A stretch of 64,000 nucleotides of DNA from Antechinus flavipes (Eukaryota). This document shows, one piece after another, positions 11,424-22,020 of this stretch; position 1 is the stretch's first letter, and every line of letters starts with the position of its first letter. A model generated the notes under the pieces. The model was not told where the DNA came from, made no database searches, and saw only the letters and a list, made by a program, of their open reading frames with translations. The stretch covers positions 698,306,001 through 698,370,000 of the forward strand of contig NC_067398.1 in NCBI RefSeq assembly GCF_016432865.1, given 5' to 3'. The translations under genes were made by a program, and so were the position numbers.

Positions 11424-12782
11424 CTGTGGAAGGGAATGCTCGGGATCAGAAGCAAAGAGATGCCACTTTGGTTCTCATTACTTTCTTCCCCCTCGGGTCA
11501 ACCCTGGAGTGAGGCTGAAGGAGGGGTGAGACAGATGCAATGGGAAAAATTGGGGGGCTACAGCTGCTGAGGTCCCCTCCTCCTCTCCAGTCCATGAGCT
11601 CTGCGGTGGACCTGTCACCCCAGCTTTTATTTCTGGATCTCTAGGGACACACACATTCTCTGGCTGGATCCTCAACAACCCTGAGGGAGAGGGATGCTGG
11701 GCTTACGCCCATTTTATAGATGAGATAATAGACCTTTTCCCCCAGATCTCTCACAGGCCACTTGGGAAGAAAGCACTGGGTAAACCTATGCTCCACACTC
11801 CCTAGGCACTGTGATGTAACACAGGGGGCAGAGGAGGCCCTCAGGAATCCTGGGTTCACATGCCGCCTCTGCTACAAGCGGCACAGAAAAATGGGCAGTA
11901 TCTGGGGCATCTCTGCACATGACAAATTTCAGTGCAGGTACTGGGAGGCCTTGACAGAAGGGAGCCCCCGATATTAAAAGCCACAGGCTCAAATGAGGGG
12001 AAAACTGCAAATGGGAACTGTCTGTTTTTACACTGCTTGGTTCCAAGGAGGGGGCTGCCAGATGGGGCTTCGGGTGGCACTGGGCAGTCCCGATGGGGGA
12101 ACAGGAGCCGACAGAGGCCTTGTGGGGCAGGCCCAGGGTGGCCAACTCTCCCCAACAGAGGCTGCTTGTGGCCGGGAATCCTGGTACAGTGGACAGAGAG
12201 CCGGCCTCAGAGTCGGGAAGGGCTGGATTCAAGTCACACCTGACACCTGCCGTCTGCATGACCCTGGACTGGCTGGAGTGCCAGGCAATGCTTTAATGGG
12301 AAGGCTCAGACCCGGTGCTGATCTGTAGAGGGCAGGGAAGGCTTCAGGGGAAATCTCTCCCTTAGCAATAAGAACACAAATCTGGAGAGCCCAGAGCGCC
12401 AGGCTCTAGTCCCGACTGTGCTACTGACCTGGACACTGGGCAAGGCTGGCCTTGGTTTCCCCACTGGTAAAAATGGCAGCCTCTTCCAAAGGGCCGTTCT
12501 CAGGACAAGATGGGAAAAGGGCAGACGCGAAAGGCTTAACGCCAACAAAAAGGGGATGCCAACGGGATCGGCTGCTTAAAAGGGAGGCACCGAGTGCCAG
12601 AAGATAGGGCTGGCTGGCCACGAAATCGGGCGGCCCGGGGCTCCGGTCCTCCCCGTGCTGGCCCCTCCCTACCCCTGCCCATTTAGAGGGAACCGAACCC
12701 AAAGAATCCCTCGTTTCCTTCAAAAACCGGAGACAATGAGCTGGCCTGGTGGGGCAGGACACAGCGAGCAGGGGTTGCTTAC

Positions 12783-12853
12783 CTTCCTCTGGATGGGTGT
12801 GGGCACCTTGTAGCCCTTCTTCATGATGCCCTTGAAGACAGGGTAGCTCAAGC
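12783..12853 (-). CDS. DDX54: DDX54 coding exon 3 ([23 protein letters not shown])
   Basis: 71 nt, AAG|gtaagc donor, Q motif. Confidence 0.96.
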
Positions 12854-13152
12854 CTGGGGGAGACATCAACGCTCATCAGACCCCAGGAATCCCACCTCTC
12901 GGAGCCCCCCCAGCGGAGCACGGTCCGAGCCAGCTACTGGTGTGTGCCGGGCCATGTACCAGCCTGCGGCCCGGGAGCTAGAGCGCAGAGAGCAGACTGA
13001 GGCCGTGCCGACGAGGCACACTGACCGGGCTGCTTCCCACAGCGCTCAATCGCTCAGGGCCCGTGCCGGGGGCACTGAGGAAACCGCAGCACCGGCGCCT
13101 GTATGATGTGCGCACACATACACACACGTATGATACGCTCCCACCCACCCAA

Positions 13153-13436
13153 GCTCCCACACTCACGGCCGCGGTCGGTGTCGTACGGACACACGCCCTC
13201 ACGCTCCCACACTCACGGCCGCGGTCGGTGTCGTGCGGACACACGCCCTCACGCTCCCACACACGCTCCCACACACGCCCTCACGCTCCCACACTCACGG
13301 CCGCGGTCGGTGTCGTACGGACACACGCCCTCACGCTCCCACACACGCTCCCACACACGCCCTCACGCTCCCACACTCACGGCCGCGGTCGGTGTCGTAC
13401 GGACACACGCCCTCACGCTCCCACACACGCTCACGC
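13153..13436. repeat. CpG-rich minisatellite in DDX54 intron 2 (50-bp unit, later copies with an extra 32 bp)
   Basis: Core ctcacggccgcggtcggtgtcg at 13162, 13212, 13294, 13376. Confidence 0.9.
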
Positions 13437-13789
13437 CACCTTTTCCAGTCTCCACCTGCGTGCTGCTCTTCTCCTGTTCAGCCCTCCCAGTTCAGGGCCC
13501 AGATGAGCTCCTGCGTCCCCCGAAGTCCTCCCTCATCCCTGACCCCCAGGGGCCTCTCCCTTTCCACTCTGCTGGTCCCGATGGTGGCCCATGTAGGTCC
13601 TGCCGACTCAACTAGAGGGCGAGCTCCTGGACAGCAGCTCACTGTCTTCCTGGGTGCGGCACAGGCACCCCCCCGCCCGCCGGTTTCCCTGCTGAACGCC
13701 CGGGTCCCCAGGCCCGCTGCTCACAAGCCTCCAGGGGCCCGCAGATTTGAGCTCCGGCTTTGGGCTCTGGGGCTCCACCACAAACTCAC

Positions 13790-13918
13790 CCATGGACTGG
13801 AAGCCTCCAGATTTTTTCTTCTTCTTGTTTTGGGCACGAATCATTTCCTGGGTGTCAGGCTCAACATCTGAGGCTGCCTCCAAAGCAGGGAAGGCAGGCA
13901 GGACTTACTGGGACCCAT
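13790..13918 (-). CDS. DDX54: DDX54 coding exon 2 ([43 protein letters not shown]); 129 nt, one base short of frame
   Basis: gtgacag acceptor, G|gtgagt donor; frame changes at AGTAAGTCC (see findings). Confidence 0.9.
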
Positions 13919-15456
13919 CTGTCACAGAGAGGAAGAGGGAGGCTCACCACGGGATCACTCAGATGCCCCATGGACATCACAGAGGGGGCAGAGCTCTGGC
14001 CAGCAGGAGGGGGGGAGGGGAAGGCTGGGGGAGAACCACGCGTGGACAGTAAGTGGTTGCTAGCTTTTCAAGCTGACTTTAGGTTCTTGGAAGGCACCAA
14101 CTGGACCCATCCCTGCAGAGGAGCAGTAGCCACAAGGCATGGGAAAGGACTCCTGCTTTGGAGTCAAAAGACCCGAGTTCAGGTCCCAGCTCTGCTACTA
14201 TTCAGCCCCTTGTATAGTCATGGGCAAGCCCCTTAATTATTCCTGACATCTTTCAGAGAGGCTGGAAGAATAGAAAGGCAAGCAACTGGTATTTGTGGTT
14301 CACAAAACCACGATGGTTATTAATTCATTTCATTCTCACTACAACCCTGAAAAGTAGATCCTATTGTTATCCCCATTTTACAGATAAGGAAACTGAGGCA
14401 TATGGGAGGTAAAAGTGACTCGCCCAGTCACAAGGCTAGTAAGCACGAGGTCCCATGAGAAGTCCAGTCTTCCTGGCTTCTGGTCCAAGACTCTCTCCAT
14501 GTGAGACAAAATGAGTAAACCTTAAAATGCCAGGCAAAGCCTCGCCCGGAAGGCAGGAGTGGAAATACTCTGTAAAGCCCTGAGTGGTATGTGCACGCCA
14601 CCCTGGGAGCAAGTGCTGCCTCGGACGGTTAGTAAGCACCTATTAAGCACCTGCTATTTGCCAGGCACTCAGGTAAGGGCTGAGGACACAAGAGGCAAAA
14701 GGCGGTCCCGCTCTCTAGGGGACAGCATGCAAGCCAGGGTCCCCTGATCGAAGATGATCCCGGAGGGGCCAGAGCCATCAAAGGGAGGAGATTTTAAGTG
14801 GGATCTGAAGGAAGCCAGGGAGACTCGGGAAGAGGCCCGACCTCTCCGAGCTCTAGACGCTGTCTCCCGTTGCAAGTTGCAGAGAAGGAGGCGGCCCGCA
14901 CTGGCACAAGTTGTTTTCTCCCCGGGGAAGTCGCCATCCTATCAATGAGACCACAAATCCAGGCCCTTCCCCCACAAACGAGCGGGTGTAACGATCCGGC
15001 TCTCAGCCGCGGACCGGGTACTAGCCCACGGAGAGGGTTCCGGCCCGTGAAACAGGTCCCGGCCCGCGGAACGGATCCTGCCTAGCAGCAGCCCTGACCC
15101 TGCTTCCGTCTGGCAGCAGATGACGCTGGTCACTCCCCGTCCCCCACACGCCCCCGCGCAAGTCCCCGCGTATCCGAGCGGCTACTCCTGATTGGGTGGG
15201 GAGACAATGACCCCGCCTCGTCACTGGGAAGCAGCCAATGAGGCTCCAGATAGGAAACGCCAAGGTCCGGGGTTGCCTCACCGCCGGTCCGGCGCACTGG
15301 GGTCCCGGCGCGCCACGCGGCCCGTTCACTCCCGGGCCGGGGCAGGTCCCCAGGTCCCCCCCCTTCCCGTTACGCTCCCGCCGCCCTCCCCCCCCTCCAG
15401 CTTCCCACTTCCCGCCGCCCTCCTCCCCGAGCTTCCCTCCTCCCCGGGCTTCCCAC

Positions 15457-15588
15457 CTCCCGGGCTTCCACGTTTCCACCGCTTTCGGGCTGGATCTCGA
15501 AGTCGCCGTCTCCCATGTCACCAGCAAAGGCTCGGCGGAGATCGTGCTCACGTGGGCGCCGCGAACCCTTGGGTTTGACCGTGCTCAT
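15457..15588 (-). CDS. DDX54: DDX54 coding exon 1 (MSTVKPKGSRRPREHDLRRAFAGDMGDGDFEIQPESGGNVEARE)
   Basis: First in-frame ATG after an upstream TGA; DGDFEIQ resembles the mammalian EDGEFEIQ motif; GAG|gtggga donor in phase 0. Confidence 0.72.
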
Positions 15589-15659
15589 GACTGATGTGGG
15601 CCGGGAGCGAGCGCGCAGATGCCGCCCCAAGAAGACTCGGTCGCCGTGCTCGGCCAGGC

Positions 15660-15701
15660 GTTCGCCGCGCCCGACCAGTCGTTCGCCGCGCCCGACCAGT
15701 C
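15660..15701. repeat. Two perfect 21-bp direct repeats followed by a short (GCC)n run
   Basis: gttcgccgcgcccgaccagtc x2. Confidence 0.9.
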
Positions 15702-15899
15702 ATTCGCCGCCGCCGCCGCAGCCGTGCACGCCGAAGCCTTCCACCACGGCCTGTACCAAGAGGCGGAGGAAGCGGGTGAAGCGGTGTCGGCGGAGGCGGC
15801 GCAGCCGACGGCACCGCACCCCTCCCGTTGGCTCCACCCGCCGAAGGGGCGGGGCTTCGAGCATGGTCCCCTGGGGGGAGGCGTCTGGGGCGGTCCTGC

Positions 15900-16103
15900 T
15901 CGCCTTCTGTCCCCGGCTCCGATCTGGGCGGGCCGAGGGGAGGGTGGGCTGGGCCCTGGTCTCCCCCGACCTCCTCGAGAGAATGGTCGAGTCCTCGGCG
16001 CAATTCGCTACTAGGGTGGCGGAGGCTGTTTGGAGCGCTCTCCGTGGCCAGTGTCATTGGGCGTCCGGGGACCGCCAGGCCACCCGGTTCCTGCTCCCCT
16101 CAG
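15900..16103 (+). other. RITA1: Probable non-coding first exon of RITA1 (start coordinate approximate)
   Basis: Consensus donor CAG|gtaagc at 16103/16104 in the CpG island, upstream of the acceptor at 16688. Confidence 0.55.
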
Positions 16104-16698
16104 GTAAGCTCCCCAGCGGGGGTCGGAGCCGGAGAGCGGATCCCGAGCCCCGGACTGCGGTGGCTGCTCGCGGTCACTGCCTGGGGCTCCGCTGTGCATG
16201 GCCCTTGCTAAGAGAACACGCTAAGGGGGAAGGGCCAGGGGAAGACGGGGTGCTGGGGTGTGGGCGAACCCTGCGGCAGAAACTTGCAGACGTCCCCCGA
16301 GAAGATTTAGACTGAAGGGTTGTTTGTGGGGAGGGGGTCTTGAGCTATATTTTATACATTCATCACAATCCCCTCCTCCACGCCCACCGCCCTGCTCCAT
16401 GCATTACCAAAGTGGGATCTCCGAGCAGCGCTCGGTCCCCATCAAGTGGTCGGTGCCGGGCCCCGCTTCTCCCGCTCTTCCAGGAGTGTTTCTTTGTTTC
16501 CTTGTTTGTTAGTATGTAGCAACAGGCCTTGCCTGTGTGCCTCTGGCTGGGGAGCTGGCACAAAGGCTTGAAGCCCCAGCAGCGCCAGGGAGGCTTAGAG
16601 GGTATTTATTAGATCCCATTTGGCACGGGTTACAGGGAAGGGCATGGACCCAAGTGTCAGATCCCCGCTGGGGTTCTTGTGATTTCAGAAGGCACATC

Positions 16699-17003
16699 AT
16701 GAAGACCTCCGTCGAGCTTGCCATCAATGGGATTCAGGCCCTCCAGCTGCAACATAAAGGCCGAAGTGGCTACCGAGTCAAATCCAGCACATCGTTCGTG
16801 GATGAGACTTTGTTTGGCAAGCCTTCGGGGGCTCGGCCAACCCCAACGAAGTTTGACCCTCCTTGGGCATTGCGGGCCAAATCTGGGAAGCTTGTGCCAT
16901 TAACCCCTAATTCTGAGGGGGCCAAATGGAACCTGAAATCGGACCCCTCCAAAAGCAGCAGCAGTACCCCTCCCCATACTCCCAGGAAGAAAAATAAATA
17001 CAG
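16699..17003 (+). CDS. RITA1: RITA1 first coding exon (MKTSVELAINGIQALQLQHKGRSGYRVKSSTSFVDETLFG...TPRKKNKYR)
   Basis: tttcag acceptor at 16688, ATG 16699, AG|gtaata donor; N-terminal NES-like segment and basic NLS PRKKNKYR. Confidence 0.96.
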
Positions 17004-19418
17004 GTAATAGCAAGATTGGGAACAGGCAGAGTCTCAAAAAATGTCCAACAGGAAAGGGGGGGAGCTTAGAGGCCATGGAGTCCATCCCTTTCATTTTGTT
17101 GAGAGAGAAAGCAGAGGGTCAGAAAGGGTCACAGAACTACTTTGATAGTTGAATCAAATCAACAAACATTTAAAATGTGCCAACTATGTGGTACAGTGGG
17201 TGGAGTGCCAGACTTGGGGCTAGGAAAACCTGAGTTCAAATCCAGCTTCAGACACTTACTTGTAGGACCTTGTGCAAGTCATCTTACTCCGTTTGCCTCG
17301 GTTTCCTCCTCTCTAAAATGACCTGGAGAAGGAAATGATACACCACTCCAGTGTCTCTGCCAAGATCCCAAATTGGGGGAGATATAATTAAGCAACACAA
17401 ATATGCCCGGTTATTGTGCTAAGTTCTGGGGATACTAAGAAAGGCAAAGGCAGTGCATGTCCTCCAAGAACTCAATCTCATGGGGAACACAGCATGCAAA
17501 CAGCTAAACACAGCACATGCTTCCTACATGCCCCTTGGCTTAGATTGTGTGAGGTATAGTTCCAGGAGACCTAATTAGGACTTGTCCAAAATCTAGAACT
17601 GTCCCAAAATAGGTGGGAATTATCTCTCTCAAACAAGAGAGAGCCAGGAGAAATTGGACCTAAGCCCACAAGAAAGGCAGGATCAGGAAAGGCTTCTGGT
17701 AATGAGTGAGGCAGAGAGAAAAAAGGAGAGCATTCCTGGCAAGGGGGACAGTTAGTGCCAAGGCCCAGAGTCGAATCTTGGGCAGGGAATAGCCCGGAGG
17801 CCACTAGCACTGGGTCAGGGAGGATGGGAAAGGTAGGAAGGGGCCACGATCTAAACGCCAAAAATAGGATTTTCTGTTTGCTCCTTGAGTCCAGAGGGAG
17901 TCCCTTAAGTTAATTGCATACAGGAGGTGGATTATCCTGTTAGAACTGTGGAACGTCTAGACTTGGATCTTTGCTTCTTGTGCATCAAATGGGAGAAATA
18001 TGGGAAACATTTGCCTTCAGAGCTTGCTGATTCACAGACCGGGGCTAACTGAGGGTTCTCTGATGATGAGCTTCCAGGCTCCATTCTTGCCACAGTTGAT
18101 ATTTTTATCATTGATATAGATTAAAAGATCTGAGGCAGCTAGGTAGTGCACCAGAACCCAGGGCCTAGAGTCAGGAAGCTGAGTTCAAATCTAGCCTCAG
18201 GCACATGTGACCTTGGGCAAGTCCTTGAATCTGTCTGCCTCAGTTTCCTCATCTGTAAGACAGGAATAATGCTGATCTCTCCAGGTTGTTAAGGCCCAAG
18301 TGAAATCATTTTTGTAAATTGCTTAACACAGGGCCTGGCACTTAGGTAGGTGCTTTATAAGGACTGGCCATAATCATTATTATCATCGTTATCTTAATGT
18401 GAAACTCTTATCAAGGCTGATTTTTGAGAGACACATGGAGGGCACATCTGGAGGAATGATGGTGACTTTAAATTCTGGAGGGTTGTCATGTGGAGGAAGG
18501 AATTCTCCCATTTTCTCTTATCTAGAGCTTGTTTACATAAAGTTCTGTATGTGGTCTCTCTCTCCATTAGACTAGGAGCTTCTTGAAGGCAGAGCTTAGC
18601 CTGGTGCCTGGTATACAGCAGATGCTTAATACATGCCCCTCTGCTTAGATTGGGTGGTGTATGGTTCCAGGAGACATAATTAAGTCTTATTCAGTGTAAG
18701 GAAGAATTGTCCAAAATATCTAGAACTCTGTAGTAGCAGGTGGGGTTCTCACCCAGCTGCCCCCGTCCTAGCAGAATGCCAGCTGAGCCTGGATCCCCAT
18801 CTAACAGATACAGAAGGGGAAATAAAAATCCCTAAGGCTTTAGATTCGGGAAGGGGGACCTGAGACACTGTGTGATGCTGGACAAGTCACTTAACCCCGA
18901 CTGCTTCAAAAAGACTTGAAGCTCTTGGCACCCATTGTCTTATTTGGTCCTTAGCACAGTGCCGGGCACATAGTCTGTGCTCAGTATGTGGTAGGGCTTA
19001 TATTCATCTCCATTTTACAGATGAGGTCACTGAGGCTTATGTTGAGTAATGTGCCCATGAATTTCAGAGGTGAGATGGGAGCTCCTGATTCCAGGGGTAG
19101 CCACACTGCCTCCCTCTCCCCACAGAATGGGACCTTTCTGGTGATTCAGGGGCCATTTACAACATACCACAGGGCCATGGAAAAGTTTCTGGCTCTGGAG
19201 TCTGAGGAGCTATATTTGCATCTTGTGTCTGATGTGTCCCTTGTGAACCTCAGTTTCCCCATCTGTAAAATGAGGTGACCTCTGGGGTCCTTTCCAGCCG
19301 CAGAGCCGTGGTTCTTGGACTCAGGAGAAGCCGGGTTGCCCAGCTGGATACAGACCTCATTCCTAGGAGCCGCTCCCCCCACTGACTCACTGTTCATTTT
19401 CCATCCTTTTTGTTCCAG

Positions 19419-19917
19419 GCTTATCCGTCACACACCATCCTATTGTGATGAGACTCTCTTTAGCTCCCGACAGGAGGAACCCACCTGGGAGGCACCGTGG
19501 ATGAAGAAGGAGGATGCTGCAAAGCTCCAGCCCCTTCTCTGGAGCCCCCCATCAGCACCCTGGGCCAATCGCTCTCCCCAACCCAAGGAGACCCCCCTGC
19601 GGGTCATTCACCCAGAGCCAAAGACCAGGAACAAGCCAGACATTTGGCAGAGGCTCTCGGATGGCCTGGATTCCCCAGGCTCCCTCAAGAGGGGGCACTC
19701 CCAGTCACTCACCCATCTGAATGCCTCCCCTGGCGGGCACTCCCCTGGCACCAGTCCCCCCCATCGGAGGGGGCAGCAGCAGGCTTGGACTCAGGCAGCT
19801 ACGGGGACCTTCCAGAGACCATTGGTGACCCCCAGGGCTCGCGCCACCAGCCTCTCAGAACCAGCCACTCCCCGGAAGCGTGTGGCCACTCCCAAGCCAA
19901 AGCCACCCTGGAAGTGA
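19419..19917 (+). CDS. RITA1: RITA1 last coding exon (LIRHTPSYCDETLF...LLWSPP...KPKPPWK*); total 267 aa
   Basis: ttccag acceptor, phase 2 matches; RBPJ-binding-type LWSP motif; C-terminal KPKPPWK. Confidence 0.96.
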
Positions 19918-20146
19918 CTTGTGAACTTGCCTCCTTGTCATCCCTGAGAGCACAGATGGGGACAGAGGCATGGATTCGTGCAGAAAGGAAACCCCGGTGA
20001 GAGGGGAAGGAGCCTGACCCATTCCCATGCATCTGTTCCGTCTGCCCTGGGAGGGTCGGTGCAGAGATCCCGCCTTTGGGACAGATGGGCCTGTTCCTTC
20101 GGCCTTGTTCCTCCGTCCCTAGCCGGCCGGGGTCATCATGCAACCC

Positions 20147-20152
20147 AATAAA
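20147..20152 (+). terminator. RITA1: AATAAA poly(A) signal, probable RITA1 3' end
   Basis: First canonical hexamer 230 nt after the stop. Confidence 0.55.
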
Positions 20153-21429
20153 CTCTACTGTTGCCAACCCATAGAGATGTCTTCTCTCTCGAGGTGTCCC
20201 AGGTCAGCCTCTTCAGGGGCACTGAGGCATTCGTGTCCACGTGGGGCCGTTAAGTCCTTGGAGAGAAGGTTTCTCCTACACCCTGGGTGTCCCTGCCACA
20301 CACTTGTAGGCTTCGATAAGGTATGGAGGACGACCCTTCATGTGGGAAGGGTCCCAGGTTCTCCTGGTGACAGTGAGCAGTGGGAAGGGAGCTCATTAGC
20401 CATTTGGGCCAACCTGTCCTGGGAAGAGAATGTTGTCTGTGCTGTGCTCTGGAGGCTGTCCTGGATTGAGGGGGCCAGAGGCACCGTGGCCTGTGATTGG
20501 GCCCTTCCAACTCAGAAAAACAAGGAGATTGCAGTATGTGTGTGCCGGGGGTATTTCCTCTCAGGCCCTTAAAAAGTGTTAAAACGTGTATGTGCGGATG
20601 TCTTTTGAAGCTCTCTATTTTGTCAGGAGGGGCACTCTTTCCCCAGCTGCAAAGCAGAACTCTTCTAAGCCCCATGGAGGGGTGTCTCCTGGATCCCTTT
20701 GGCCGTCTGGATCTTTTCTCAGCATAATGCGGTTAATTGCGTTAAATAACATACATAGGATTGTAGAGGAAACCAATTCTATTGAAATACAGTTGACATA
20801 AAAAAAAAGTTCAGAGACCCTGGGTCGACCCCTGCTTTAATGGAGTTTGTAGAACACTGGACTTCCCAGAAGGCACCTCAGGGTCAGCTGTGAGAGGATG
20901 TGGCCCCGGGAGAGGCACTCTGTGAAGTTGGCTGAGCTGGTCTTGGGAGAATGGACACAGCCCAGCTTGGAGGACAGCTTGTGTCCCCGCTCCCCACACA
21001 GACACATGGTCTTTTCCATGCTGGGATGAGGTCTCTCCCCCAGGGCCTTGGGTGGAGAGAGTGTCCATGTGTGTGTGGGTGGATGCACAGCTCTGTCAGC
21101 CTGGGATTCTGCCCCTTTGTCCATGAGAGTTTAAAACTCGTGGAGAAAGAAGGAAACCTTTCCACCAGCAGGCCAGGCCTGATCCCTCTTGGGGGGCTCT
21201 TCCCAAGCTTTCTGAGGTTCGGGATCACGGCTGCCGTGGCGGGACAAGGTGGCAGAGTAGAAAGCTTGTACTGATTCTTCAAAGTTGAGTTGGGGCTGGA
21301 GAGGAGAGTCTGGGCCTCTCTAGGAGGAGGAGCCCATCGCTATCTGCTCTCTCGGCCCAAAGACCTGCTCTGCTCTGAATGGCAGCAAATGGGGAAAAGA
21401 CGCCCAGGGTGGGATGCAGGAGAAGGGAC

Positions 21430-21435
21430 TTTATT
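21430..21435 (-). terminator. IQCD: AATAAA poly(A) signal, probable IQCD 3' end
   Basis: tttatt on the plus strand about 290 nt beyond the IQCD stop. Confidence 0.55.
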
Positions 21436-21723
21436 GGTGTGAGTACAGAGAGGGAAGCCCTGAACGTGGCCGTCTGGTTCTGTGTCCGCAGGCTCAGGGT
21501 GCTCACTGATCAGCAGAATGCCCGGGGATCCGAAGGGCCCACAGTAGCCTGCACTCTCACCATCTGGGGACCCGTGTGTAACTGCCCCAGGCAGGGAGGA
21601 GCATTCTGGGATGTGCCCTCCTCTCTAACTAGCTTGTCAGAAGAATGGGCTGGGAAGGGGCGGGGGAGGAAAAGAGATGAGAGGAGAGCAGCCCCCATCT
21701 TGCAGGGACCCCTTGGGCAGCGG

Positions 21724-22020
21724 CTACTTCTTCTTGCCCTTGCCCTTGCCCTTGCCCTTGCCCTTGCCCTTGCCCTTCTTCCTCCGCTTTGACTTCAGCA
21801 GCGACCTGACCAAATAGCCCTTCCAGAAAGCCTGGATGAGGGTGGCCGACCGAACCATGAGGGACATCTCCTTCTCAGCCTCCAGCTTCTTCTTGGAGTT
21901 GATAAGTCTCTCCTCCTTGATCTGGGCAAACTCCTCGAGCAGGACAGCGTGTTTTTCCTTCAGCTCAGCCAGCTGAGCCTTCTCTTCAGTATAGATCTCG
22001 TTCAGCTCCTCATATTCGGC
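21724..22020 (-). CDS. IQCD: IQCD (DRC10) last coding exon with IQ motif ([14 protein letters not shown]) and KG-repeat tail
   Basis: cctttag acceptor, 99 codons including TAG; missed by the ORF track. Confidence 0.95.
   Translation of the reverse strand, partial: AEYEELNEIYTEEKAQLAELKEKHAVLLEEFAQIKEERLINSKKKLEAEKEMSLMVRSATLIQAFWKGYLVRSLLKSKRRKKGKGKGKGKGKGKGKKK

Larger units (their letters stand above)
1..15588 (-). other. DDX54: DDX54 gene span (DEAD-box RNA helicase, Dbp10 orthologue); coding exons 1-19 in window, terminal exon left of base 1
   Basis: Spliced exons give Q motif ([17 protein letters not shown]), I ARTGSGKT, Ia [10 protein letters not shown], Ib [42 protein letters not shown] and C-terminal [19 protein letters not shown]. 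All introns are GT-AG with consistent phases apart from the exon 2 anomaly. Confidence 0.98.
14950..16300. promoter_or_regulatory. CpG island / bidirectional promoter of DDX54 and RITA1
   Basis: Very GC- and CpG-rich; GC box GGGGCGGGG near 15846; CCAAT boxes near 15190 and 15235; lies between divergent 5' ends. Confidence 0.8.

Noticed and set aside
12900-13100. GC-rich hairpins in DDX54 intron 2 as an H/ACA snoRNA or scaRNA
   Set aside because: A 7-bp stem followed by ACA exists, but I found no ANANNA hinge or two-hairpin architecture; such stems are expected at this GC content
15515-16315. 266-aa ORF and other long ORFs over the CpG islands (e.g. 37290-37988)
   Set aside because: Low-complexity Arg/Gly/Pro translations typical of stop-poor GC-rich DNA; no recognisable domain
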